DNA of 64,000 nt from Selaginella moellendorffii. Its lineage: Eukaryota > Plantae > Lycopodiophyta. Under the pieces are notes generated by a model. That model was not told where the DNA came from, did not search any database, and worked only from the letters and a program-made list of their open reading frames with translations. The stretch covers positions 6,728,817 through 6,792,816 of the forward strand of contig NW_003314261.1 of assembly GCF_000143415.4 (NCBI RefSeq), in the 5' to 3' direction. Of this stretch, positions 47,675 through 59,415 are shown in pieces. Each line of letters opens with the position of its first letter. The stretch's first letter is position 1. A program made the position numbers and the translations under genes.

Positions 47675-48842
47675 TGTAATTGATTAATTTTTCCATTCTA
47701 CTTTAGTCACTTAATCGCACCTACAACCACTTGGAAGAGTCTTATTCACAACTTCCATAAGTCCCATTCAGGACTTGGGGCTTGTTAGCCCCGAGAATAG
47801 CATCCATGCCACTCAACCTTTGCACTTGGTCCAAGTGCTTCACGTGTCCAATCCCATGACTGACACCTCAAGGTACCATTGACATATGAACTTGTTACGC
47901 TAGGCCACACTCATTCACCTTGGTCACATCAGTGGTTTAACACCACTTGCATTGCAATCCCGTCTCTCCAAGACTGGGCCATTCTCCCATGAGTGATCAT
48001 CCCAGATCCATTCTTTAGCATCCTTAGGATGCCCATAGACATGGGGAATAGCCTTCCTCAATATCTCCATTCCGGTCTCCATTAAATCCTTTTCTATCCT
48101 TGGCCATGTTCGCCAATATTGCTACTGGATCGAGGCCCATGGGCTCGACCACTAAGTCCCACTGTCCTTTAAGACTTCCTCACTGTGTGATTGTGTCCTG
48201 GTCACCACACTAGAGGGCTACTCCTCTTCCTTTCCACAAACTGGGACTTTGGGACAACATTTCGGAACACCGTGGCCCTACGCGGGCCTCATGGGTACTC
48301 TCCCCGCCTTCTGCCTTTAGGTGCTCTAGCTATGGGTTTAGAGAGAGGTTCTATTGAGCCATGCCAAGTATCCAAGTAGATAGTGCCACCCACACTTGGA
48401 CTGGGAGCATCGGCCAGTCAATCTCCTAGGGGAACTAGAGTTGGCTCTTGAACACTTCACCAATCTACCCCACTTGCCAGTCCGTATTCACTTTAGTCTT
48501 GGACTTCCCAGTGGTTATCCCATCACCCAACACCTGGGTGCAGCCTTCCTGGTCCAAATTGGCCTTTCCTGGCCAAACTGGCTCCACTAGAGTCCTCCCC
48601 CTACTATACTTTTGGAGCTCACTAAACCCCCCAGGGTCTGGGAGATGAACACTTTGGGCTTTCACCCTCTCAGACTCGAACTCGGACTCGGACTCGAACT
48701 CAGACTTGGACTCGGACTCGGACTCGGTCTTGGTCTCGGTCTCGGTCCCGGTCTTGGTCTGGGTCTCGATCTCAAACTCAGTCTCGGACTCGAGCTTGGG
48801 CTCGGTCTCGGTCTCGGCCTCGGTCTCGGTCTCGGTCCTGGC

Positions 48843-48873
<31 letters not shown>

Positions 48874-49372
48874 CCAGTTTCAATTTCGGATTCCATCTCA
48901 AATTCCATTTCAGGTCCATTTCGGACTCTATCTCAGACTCCATCTCGGACTCCATCTCGGGTCCATCTTGGACTCAATCTCAGGTCCATCTTGGGTCCAT
49001 CTCGGGTCCAAATCGGACTCCACCTCAAACTCTATCTCGGACTCCATCTCAGACTCCATCTTGGATTTCACTTTGGACTCCATCTCGGACTCCACCTCAG
49101 ACTCCATCTCAGACTCCACCTCGGACTCCATCTCGGACACTTCCACGTGTCATGTTTTGGTCCTCTTGTGTCCCTTTTTCTAGAGACTCACTCATGGCTC
49201 GCCTCGTGCTTGTTCCTCGAGCACTTCGTTGGGAGTTCCACTCCCACTCTCGACCTTTTCAAGTCGAAGCTTTTTGTCCAAACGTGTTACATTCGTTTGG
49301 CTTTCGCTTCGGCCACTACTATGTGGCACCCTTTCGGCTCCACTTTGGGGCTTAGGGATTTTGTGTCTCACA
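47675..49372 (-). mobile_element. Solo LTR (family C, 1698 bp)
   Basis: TG...CA termini. TSD GGTAG (47670-47674 / 49373-49377). Inverted homolog of 36763-38417. Confidence 0.9.
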
Positions 49373-49835
49373 GGTAGCACTTTAAAAACTTACTTAGGAA
49401 AGATGAGTTAATATATAATGCTTAGTAGTTCCATGCCTATTTTCAAAGCTTTTCTTTCAGCTATAGGCTTTATATATAATTTTTTTCAAATGTAAAAATG
49501 TTTTACCTCCATGAAAATAGATATTTCTAGTGTGTGAGGTGCTATTGTATCAATTTGTACTTTCAGCGACTTAATAAAGTCTATACATTCAAAAAAACAT
49601 TAATAAAATCAACTTGCACATATGTAATAAATGTATGTTAAATTTTAGGGTTTATTCCCCTTATAAAAAGTCCAAGTGATCTATGTGAACTGTAAATGTA
49701 TTTTATATATTCACTTGGAATAAATTATTCACCTTAGTATAAAAAAATTGATTTACAGTAATTGGGCATTTTAAAAAATTTCCAAACAAGGAGGTTATTA
49801 CAAGATACTTGTTGGATTATGAGAATTAACGTCAA

Positions 49836-49862
49836 ATATATATATATATATATATATATATA
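49836..49862. repeat. (TA)n microsatellite
   Basis: Visible run in an AT-rich spacer. Confidence 0.9.
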
Positions 49863-50293
49863 GTTTAATATTTAAATCATGTTATCATTTAATTTTAATA
49901 TTTGATCAACCAATAGCAATATCCAAATTTATTTTGAGGGAAAAGTTTAGCAAACTTTTGTTTTAAATTTTTAGGGGCATATGAATAATTTTTCATAACT
50001 TTATTTAATTATGTATATGTAGAGATCTTTCACTCTAAACTCCATCTTACAATGGAAAAACTAAATATTTTCTATATTTAGAAAATCTTTGAAGTATTTC
50101 ACAATGAAAATTATAATATATGAATAAATTATCTTGAGCTCTTTAGAAAGTTTACACACATGTGTTAATTAATACTAAAGGCTCAAAGTAAACTTATTGA
50201 AAATTTATATAACTATAAATTTTTAAAATATTTTTCACCAATCAGCCTATCACAAATTAACCTTAATTCAAGATTTAAATAGGAACCATATCA

Positions 50294-50899
50294 CTACTCG
50301 AGATTCGTGTGTCGTGCTCGCATGCTCTCCACGCTCTCACCCAGCTTGGCGCGCAATTCCAGCACCACCAGCTCGAAAAGCACGAACAGAGCTCCCTCGT
50401 ACACGCTACCCATTGGAAGGATGCCCGCCACGTCACCGCTCCCGCTAGTCACGTCGTCCGCCATCGTCCTTGCTGGCAGCACAACAAGCGAATCTACCCC
50501 TGCAATGTCATCCACCCGCTGCGCTGTCAGCAGCATAACACGTGCCCCGTCCCTATTCGCGACACGTAGGATCCCGTCCACGGTCGCGAAGCTCCCGGGG
50601 CCTGGCCCCGCGCTGCAGATGAGGAGGTCGCCAGCGCCAATTCGCGGCGCGCTCATGTCGCCCACGCAGCTTGCCTTGAGCCCTAGATGAAACAATCGCA
50701 TCGCCAAGGCCTTGAGCATCAATCCCTCGCGCCCGACGCCGTAGAGCACGATTTGCCCATCGCGATCCCTCGCGGCTCCAATCTCACGCACCATTCTCCC
50801 CGCCGGATCAAGATCCAGCTCCTGGGCGCGCTCAAATACCTTAGAAATCTCTCCCAGCGCCGCGGACGCCATGGCGGATAGAGAAGATGACGAATCCAT
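50294..50899 (-). CDS. SIS-domain protein, 6-phospho-3-hexuloisomerase (PHI/HxlB)-like, intronless
   Basis: YGVGREGLMLKALAMRLFHLG, GDLLICSAGPG, LPMGSVYE and C-terminal HTNLE. Confidence 0.88.
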   Translation of the reverse strand: MDSSSSLSAMASAALGEISKVFERAQELDLDPAGRMVREIGAARDRDGQIVLYGVGREGLMLKALAMRLFHLGLKASCVGDMSAPRIGAGDLLICSAGPGPGSFATVDGILRVANRDGARVMLLTAQRVDDIAGVDSLVVLPARTMADDVTSGSGDVAGILPMGSVYEGALFVLFELVVLELRAKLGESVESMRARHTNLE

Positions 50900-50952
50900 T
50901 GGTGAATATTCTCTCTTTTAAAAAAAATCCTTTGTTTTTCTCTTTTGGTGTT

Positions 50953-52718
50953 TTACATGGCGACCGTGTTTTCCATCCTGTGACTTTGGAATCCAGTTCT
51001 GTAGCACAAGAAACTTCTTTAGCCCACGATCCAGAGAGAAAGAGATAGAGATCAATCAGTCTAGAGACTTTTTCTTTGTTCCAAGAAAAGAGAATGAGAA
51101 AATTTGCAGACCTTTCGGCGAGATTGGCTGATCCCTCCTCGAAAACTTCCAAGACTAATGGTCTTCGCACGGCCGACTCACTGCTCGATCTCCCATTCTG
51201 GTGGGGCTTGTACGGTGGGATTACGTCCACTACCAGGCACGTTGTGTCGTCTCGTAGGCCTGCGACTCCTAGTGCCTCCTAAAAGAATTTCCAAAACGAA
51301 GCAGTGAGTGCCAGCGATTCAAAGACGAGCGAACCGAGAGAACTTTCTTTTCGGCTCTAAAAAAACAACCATCACTCACTTTCACGATATGCTTGGCCGC
51401 GAGGTTGGGTGGCAATCCACGGCAACACTTCGCAGCTTTCTCAGTCGAGAGTGCGTCCCACACACCATCCGACGCGATGATAATCCGGCCTCCGGTTTTG
51501 GGAAGCTGGGAAAAAAAAAACAGAGAGTAAGTTCCCAATGGATGATCATTGCTAGGAGAGCTGACTTTTCTAATACCTTCACTTGCTTCACGAAAGGCAC
51601 CGCCACGATGTACTCTCCCACGTCTGCGTCCCCTATGGATCTTGATAAGCAAAGGCCTCCTGGCCAGCACCTCAATGGGCCATACTGCACGAAAGAAAAG
51701 GAAAAATAAAAACTTCGCCCACTAAGTTCCATGTCTCAAAACGAAGAAAAGCAGATTACTCTCACCTCCACGCCGAGAGCTGTGCTTAATCTCCCGACTT
51801 CGCCACCGCAATCGACAATTCTCTGTCTCCTGCATTAAATACCACATAGCGAGGCATCGTTAGACAGTTGAGCGAACTATTAAGTGCTGCAAAAACTGGA
51901 AAACAAACAAAGAAAAGTCGAGGGGAGCAGAGAGGAGAGTTTAGCCACACGAGATTTCACTCACTCGGCTTCGTTGTCGTCTAGTCTGTGGTCAACAGTC
52001 ATTGGCATTACACCGGCCTCAGTGTCCAGCACGCACCGAGAGTCGCCAACCGACGCAACAGTCACAGTCCATCTATCGACGATCACAAGAGACACGGTGG
52101 TTCCTGACGTTTGTCCTGGTAAGTTAACACATCGAAGTGTTAATCCCAACTCGTGAAGATCCAACAAAAGCAAGCCCAAGAGAAAAAACGAGAAAATCCA
52201 GAAAGCAAGCATGAGTGATTGAGAGAAAGAAGAGAATTTGATACCTTTCTGTTGGAAATCCCTGTCGGTCTTTAGAAATCCTTTGATCATTGCCTCGGGG
52301 AGAATTGATAGCCACTCGTCTCGATCCAGTCGCGATGGAAGTGCGCTCATGACGTCCTTGAGAAGGTGTTCTTTTGCGTGTACTGCCGCCGCCGATCCAT
52401 TGTGACCATCGAAAATCTGTGGAAAAAAAAAATTAAGCATCGAAAACGCTAGACGAGAAAAATCCAATCACTCACCGCAAAGACTCCAAATGTGGATGAT
52501 CCATCGCCCGGAATTCTCTCGCAATCGATCTTGACGAGAGCAAAATCCTCGCCCTTCTTGGATTGTCCGGACTCCCCGCACACGAACACCGGGATGGCAT
52601 TCTTCTCCACTTTCTCGATCCTCTCGATCAGGTGCTCCTGCTTGAGCAAATCGGCCAGAGCCACCATGCCGCTGCGGTGCTGCCGCCTGTTCCTGGTGGC
52701 GTCGCGATCGCTAGCCAT
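50953..52718 (-). CDS. Protein phosphatase 2C
   Basis: KKGEDF, IFDGHNG, SGTT, VASVGDSRC, DHR, LRCWPGGLCLSRSIGD, IIASDGVWD and LRDDTT. The last exon and stop are approximate. Confidence 0.92.
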
Positions 52719-53229
52719 CGCCCAGAAATTTTAACATCTACTGCTATCGATAAACCTAGCTGGCCAGAGATTGCTCTTGCTGCGATCACGATCCACTACT
52801 CGGCTCTCCTGGATCCCTTGGAATTGGTCGCAGTCGCAAGATGACAAACCGGATTACCTAGTCCAGGTCACTGTGCCGTGCTGCTGCCGCGTTAGAAATT
52901 TCTCTCACTCCCTCGAGTCAGATCGATCGATCTCTCTCCAAGAAGCTCCAAGATCGCGCGAATTTCGGTCGCTACTTGCTGGAGAATGCACGTCACGGCG
53001 ATCGATGGACAGGGGAGAGAGGAGAGAGACAAGAGAGAATAAGAGCCCTAGAGTTGAGGATTGGGAGCTCGCATCCCTAAAATTCCAGTATATAGCACCA
53101 CACACAAGCCGAGGACGGGATTAGCAAGGAACACACTCACTTGCAAGGAGAATATTCTTTTACCAGTAAAAGTATATTCATGAAAGCGAGTATTCTTTAA
53201 ACAAATCAAGCTCTATTAATACTAATAAC

Positions 53230-56200
53230 TTACAAGTACATAGAGACTCTATGGCCTCTTTTGTTGTGTGGGAGCGCAATGCTGGCTTTGCCAATGTTCC
53301 AGCCTTGGAGGAGGATCTCTGGAGCGTCGTTCGTGCTACTCTGGAACGAGATGGATGCCGCAAGCTTCTCTCCAGGAACTATGGAGAAATAGTTCTGCGA
53401 GTAGCTCACTGGAAGCAGTCGCGTGTCGGTGCTTCGCAGCTGGGATCGCTTGTTTCTCGAGTGAACCGAGAGCCGGAGCCAGAAAGCCACACCTCTTGCT
53501 GCCACCGCTGGAGATTTTGAGAAGAGGAGCTCTGAGAATCTCTGAGAGATGGAGCTGGAGCTGGAGCTAGAGCTGCTACTGCTGTTGCTGCTGGATAGAT
53601 TTTCAATCTCGACATTTATGTTGAAGTTGCCATTGCGAGAGCTGCTTTTGAGCGACATCTTCACTGGAACCGGTGCCAGTTCGTTCTTGAGAGCCTTGTA
53701 GTCGCCCCCGGATTGATGGAGCCAGTAAAAGTTCCTGGAAATGGATGTCCCCGAGCTATCGACGAGCGTAAGGAGGAGGAAATAGACCTCCGACCAGGAA
53801 CTTGCAGGAGTCAGCTTCATTATGACAATCGTCTTGTAGGCTGGCACTTTGAAGTTGGCCATTGTCTCTTGGTATGGTGAGTTGCCTTTTAAATCCCACA
53901 CTGCCGCTTCAACTCGCGTATCCTGGAAGCTCTTTCGTGTAGTATTGACAATCTGAAAGAGGATAGTAGTGGTTCACGGGGAAAATACGCACACGAAAAA
54001 TACAAAAGAGTACCTCGATCGCGTAGGTGACAGGGTTATACTGAACGTGAACGGGCTCGCACGCAGACTTCACGCCGTAGAAACCACCTGTTTGATCCAA
54101 AAAATAGTCGTAGAGCTGGCCTCTCAGACCAGGCCAGGGGTTCTGAGTTTTCCAGATAAGGACTCCCGTATACTTGGTCCACATTCGCGAGTTCCAGCTC
54201 TCCATGAGAGCACGGTACTGAACGTAATTCACGAGCTGGGCCTGTACACAAAGAACATATTTTGCAATGATCAGTTATAAAAGCGACGTTACCTTGTCGC
54301 AAAAATCGTCAAGATCGGTGGCATCTCCATACTTCGCAATCTGGTGTGGAACCTTTTTGTCCGGGTTGGCGTAAGGAATGTAGGTGTGGAGTGTCCAAGT
54401 TGCATTTGGAATCTCTCTGACAAGCCCGTCAGAGACCTTTTGTGTCGTCGGGATGTCCCACGCTGACTCTGGCATTGTTGCTTTTATCGTAGCCGCAAGA
54501 GGAACTCCGACGGATCCAACCTCCGGGTTGAAGCCGTAGGCATAAAAGCCGTCCTGGAAATAGTCTTCCGGGTTCAGAATGTTATACGGACCGTCTCGAA
54601 ACTCTCCTGTGCCTGCTGCAAATCCCTCCCACAGCGAGCCTTGGATGTACAAGCGAGTTCCATCCAAAAGATGGCTGGGATTCTCGTAAGACCCTGCCTG
54701 CGTCAGCTTCAAGTCTTTCATCAAGGCCTGGTTGATATCTTCTGGCGGATGCTGTTCGTTTCCCCCGACCCATAACGCGAGGCTTGCGTGATTTCTCAGC
54801 AACTTAACTGTGTCCCGTGCACATTTGAGAAACAGTGCATGATCTAGCGGCCAGCTAGCATCGGAAGGAGGAACTCCACGACCGTTACAATCACCTGTGA
54901 TCCAAAACTCTTGCCAGACCTGTGGAAAGAAAAAGAAACTCGAAACTTCAGGCATCTATGAGAAGGATCGCATACCAGAATTCCGCGTTTATCACACGCG
55001 TCATAAAACTCGGGCCTCTCAGCCAAAGCTCCTCCCCACACTCGAATCATGTTCATGTTCGTATCTGCGTGAAAGTTGACGTCTGTTTCGTATCGCTCCT
55101 TTGATAAACGGAGTAGACCATCGGAGACGATCCAGTTCCCTCCTCTGATAAACACGGGTTGCCCGTTAACTTGGAAGTGCCTGCACATTGGCAACGTATA
55201 GACATGTAGGAGAAAAATCCAAAAGAAAAAGGAAGAAACAGAGAACATACCTGCTCTTCGTGACAGGGTCCAGAAAGCTGTCGATTTTACGGAATCCAAA
55301 GTTGTGACTCCAGCTATCAGACTCTCCATTTTCATTGACCTCGAGTGAGATTTCGACTTGGTAAAGAGCCTGTTCTCCCATGCCATTTGGCCACCATAGC
55401 CGAGGCTTATAGAAGTAAAGCTGCAAAACACAGGTAGTAAAAATCAAAGACTACAGACTGTATAAAACTCACAGGCTCGAAGGAGCACAGCGTAGTAGCT
55501 CCAGAGACAATTTCTAATGGCTGTGACTGGACACCTTCAACTGAGAAGAAGCCGTCATCAGCATCTGCTGACACTTGTAGCTTCGCCGTGCACTTGATGG
55601 CAGTGGACGTTGTATTTGTGACTTCCGAGGAGACGACGAGGTACACTCGCTTGTAATCGTCGTGAAAGGTCGCCACAAGATGTGGATCACCCAAAATCGC
55701 CACCTTCAGAACAGAGAACAATTTAGAGAGGCAAACTTTGCATTCGCACTTATGTACCCCAGTGAATGAAACCGAAACCTCGTCCCATATTCCAGTGTTT
55801 CTGTCGCTGAAAAGTGAAAGACCAAGAACGATGAACTAAAAGCTAGACAAAACGAAAACAAGGCCATACCGAATAGGAATAATCCAGTCCCAGCCTTGGA
55901 CGTACTGTGCTGCTACATCCTTCGCTATCTTCTCCACAAAACGAGATAAATTCAATCTCTCTTGCGTCACTGGAGCAGTCAAGACTTACGTCGTGATCGC
56001 CACCTTGTCCACCCACGGCTGGAATCCGACCAGGATGATCCGGAGGATGCACTAAGACAGCCAAGTTGTTGATCCCAGTCTTCTTCAAAGCATCTTTTAT
56101 GTCTAGCTTGTGCCGGAAAAACATTCCTCCTGGAAGGCTATACTTTGATCCATTGACATAAACTTCGGCAGAATAGTTGATAGCTCGAAAGTGCAGCCAT

Positions 56201-56632
56201 GCACGCTTGAAAGCTCTCTAAAACCCAAAGAAAGAAAACGAAGTGAAAGGACTGACACGATTCGAATGGATTTGTAAGGTAAGTACCTCGGGTGTGGCAA
56301 ATTTGTTGCAGAACCAAAACGTGTAGAAATCTCTCCCAGCATCAGCGATATCGGGAACGTTTTGATTTTCCATGCCGTAGAAAGGATCGGGAATGGCCGC
56401 ATTCTTGAGGAGCGTCGCCAAAACACTAGAAAGAAAGCACCAGAACTGCTGGAAATCACGAAATCCCTGTAGAAGCGATCATAATCTCTACTTACGTCCC
56501 AGGAACAACAGCGTCCATCCATGGATCGATCTTGAGCGAAGGCGCATGCGTCGTCGTGAGCTCCTCGCCTGTCCGCTGGACTTGATTCGCTCGCGCAGCA
56601 ATCCAGCCGGAATCCAGCCTCTCGCGCGCCAT
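53230..56632 (-). CDS. EBM: Mannosylglycoprotein endo-beta-mannosidase (GH2)
   Basis: [10 protein letters not shown]...AVVPGT; [16 protein letters not shown]; LWWPNGMG; FIRGGNWI; WQEFWITGD; WVGGNEQ; [10 protein letters not shown]; [13 protein letters not shown]. Confidence 0.93.
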
Positions 56633-56854
56633 TCCCCCGCTCAAACCCTACACGCCGAGCGACATTCTTTCTCTCATCCACTGCGCAAATTCTATTTCAA
56701 AGAGGAAATCCAAGCCCATTGTCTTAAGTTTAATGTACACAGGCTTTCTTCTTTTTTTTTTTTTTTCTCTCGTGGCACTTTCGAGCCAAAGAAAGGATCA
56801 CGCCGTATAACCTTCCAAAAATTTCTGTTCTCTAAATCTGGTCCTGGCGTTTCA

Positions 56855-58809
56855 TCAAAAGCCTTTGATTGGGAATAGCTCGGCAATCTTATTAAACACA
56901 TCCATGACCTGGAAGAGAGAAAAAAAAAAGTTATAGAAGAACACGGAGAACACAAGAGACTAACTCACCTCTTTATCGTTCTGATACTTCGTTATGTTGG
57001 TAGGATTCTGGGAGCACTGCGCATCAAACCACAACAAAGATTAGCTCCTGGACGAAGGAAAACATGCGTGTTGTCTTACATCGATGAGTGCTGCCTGGAT
57101 TTTGGGATTCTGGAAAGCCATGGCTATCTCTGGATTTGCTACCATTTTCGCCATCACTTCTTCCGGGGACAGTCCTATTTGCTCTGTGATTCCAAAGCTT
57201 GTCATGAGCGTGAGAAGACGTGATAAGCACAACCATACCAAATTGTTGTTTTAGTTCCTGATTGTTGGGATTGAAGTTTTTCAGCACGTCCCCCATTTGT
57301 CCGTTCTTCCAGGCCCCATCCTCGGTCATGTTATTGCTGTTCAAAACAGATCAGAACAGTGTGGAGTACGTGACAAGAAACTTACAGCATCTCCTGGAGC
57401 TGGGTCCTGAATTGAGGATTCTGCATCATCCCTGAAAACCGGAGCATCAGCAGCAATTTTTCTACTCCTATTACTCACATTTGAAAGTGCTGGGATTTCT
57501 CATTTCTTGTGGTAAGTACCTGGCAGACAACAGCATTAGTGTCGATTTAAGTGACAATAGTGAATCCTTACGGGTAAACCATTTGTTGAACCGTAGGATC
57601 CTCAAGCATCTTTTCCAAATTCTCAACCGAGAAAAAAGAATTTGCTTTTCCTGTAGAAGACGAGTTGGCACCTCACCGAAAATTTAGCTCTTACCATCAG
57701 AAGATGACGTTGAAGCCGCACCGTCAGTGTTCCAAGTGAAACCTGTTCCGCTATCTCTTACCTTCAAAGAATAAAGTCAGACTCAAGAAAAAATCCACTT
57801 AAACTAGCACTAACCTCTGCATCCTTGAAAAACACGTCGTTCGCATTTTCCTTCACCTCTGTTGCCTCAGCGTTTATTTTAACAGTAGATACTTCCGCCT
57901 CCACATTTACATCAGTGAATGCTGCGAAACAGCAACTTTAGCTCGTGAATAGCGTAGCATTGAGAACAAGACACAAACCGGGTTTGTTATTCTCGGAGAC
58001 TGGCGTGGGCGTCTGCGTCTCGGAATACGATGCCGCTTCGGTACTTTCGACAACAGCTGTAGCGGAAGCGGATGCTTGAGGTTGAGTAGCCTGGGGAGAA
58101 GAAACTGGTGGTTGAAAAGTTGGCATCGGTTGCTGCTGTGGCTGCGGCGGGACAGGAAATGGAAACGGAGGAATGGGCATATTGCCAAATTGGTTTTGTC
58201 CAGGGCCAGACATCATCGATTTGAGTGCCTGTTGCATAGCTTGTTTCTGGAAAAACACGAAAGTTAAGACTGGATTTGCAATACGTGAATTTTCTACCTT
58301 TACGTAGTTAGCTGCCTGGAACAAAGTACGAGAATTTGTGTCAGCAAAGCGAATGAAAAAAAGGGAGAAAATTGCGTACCCAGGAAAAAAGAACCGAGAG
58401 GCCAACGCCAACTCCAACCCAAAGCAATGGAGAACCACTAAGTTACAAAGGCAGAGACAAAATGTAATAGATTAGCCAAGGAAGTAATACTCCATTCACT
58501 TACATGTAAGCTGGTTGCGTTGGAGGAACCGAGACAGTTTGAAGCTCTGCCGATCCAGCAGCTTGATCTTGTGCTGCATTTGCGAATTACATACTGCTCC
58601 AATGCTGGAAGAACTTAGAATTTACCTGGACTGCGGCTTTGGCACCGGACGGACAATCGCTCGCGATTCGAGAGAGGCGAGAGCACCAGGCGCTGAGGAG
58701 CTCTCCGACTGCCGTAAAACCGCACCGAGGAGGACGTGCCCGCGCCCGGTGCTCCATCGCGCCAATGTAGGGCTAGGGCTCCAAACCCTAAGGAATGCGC
58801 CATCGCCAT
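56855..58809 (-). CDS. TIC40: Chloroplast inner-envelope translocon component Tic40
   Basis: Transit peptide; SPLLWVGVGVGLS TM; KQAMQQALKSMM; STI1 motifs YLPQEMRNPSTFK, MANPEIAMAFQNPKIQAA-like (MVANPE), ITKYQNDKE and VFNKIAELFP. Confidence 0.92.
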
Positions 58810-58936
58810 CGTCTCCTACTCTGCCCCTGTGAAAACAAAAGAAAAGCTTAATAATTCTGTGAAGATGATAAGCCACGAGGCATCCCCGCCATCGATTCCA
58901 GCACCGGCGCTGCACCGTTGGATCCCCACACAAGCA

Positions 58937-58955
58937 CACGTGGCATGCCACGTCA
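58937..58955. promoter_or_regulatory. G-box/ACGT pair forming a 16-bp palindrome upstream of TIC40
   Basis: ACGTGGCATGCCACGT (58938-58953), ~130 bp upstream of the ATG. Confidence 0.55.
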
Positions 58956-59415
58956 AAAAGCGTTGAACAATCAACGCGCTGTGGCCGTTGGATGGAGAAA
59001 TTGACATTTTACTGGGCATGCAAACGGAATATGCTCTTTTTTGGAGACAGCTTTGCCGGAATATGCTCTCAAAGTAAAGGCAACAGGGTGTGTTTTGCCC
59101 TTCGTGCGCGTATAGTAGGTGCCGCCCTAGATATGGAGCTTTGTGCTGTCTAGATCTAGGCGCATTTTTGCCGCTCTAGCTCGATCGCTGCGACAAATCG
59201 CTCAGGGCGCTGCGGCTCGTCCGCCAGCGCGTGAGAAATCTGCTAGTCACGGTATGGTATTTCATTTCTAGGCAGGAATCGTAGAGCATTTTCTCAGCTC
59301 CGGTGAGGATTTCCACCGACATCTCCCGATCTGGTGCCGCGGGATCGTTCCAGGCTGAAATCTCTGGAAATTTCGAGCTTTTCGGTGGAAATCTCGCGGG
59401 ACAGGGAACAAGGGA

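Noticed and set aside
9940-56632. Mannose-metabolism gene cluster (GH5 mannanase, GH2 endo-beta-mannosidase, SIS isomerase)
   Set aside because: The substrates differ (wall mannan vs N-glycan), and the mannanase is >38 kb from the other two with unrelated genes between.
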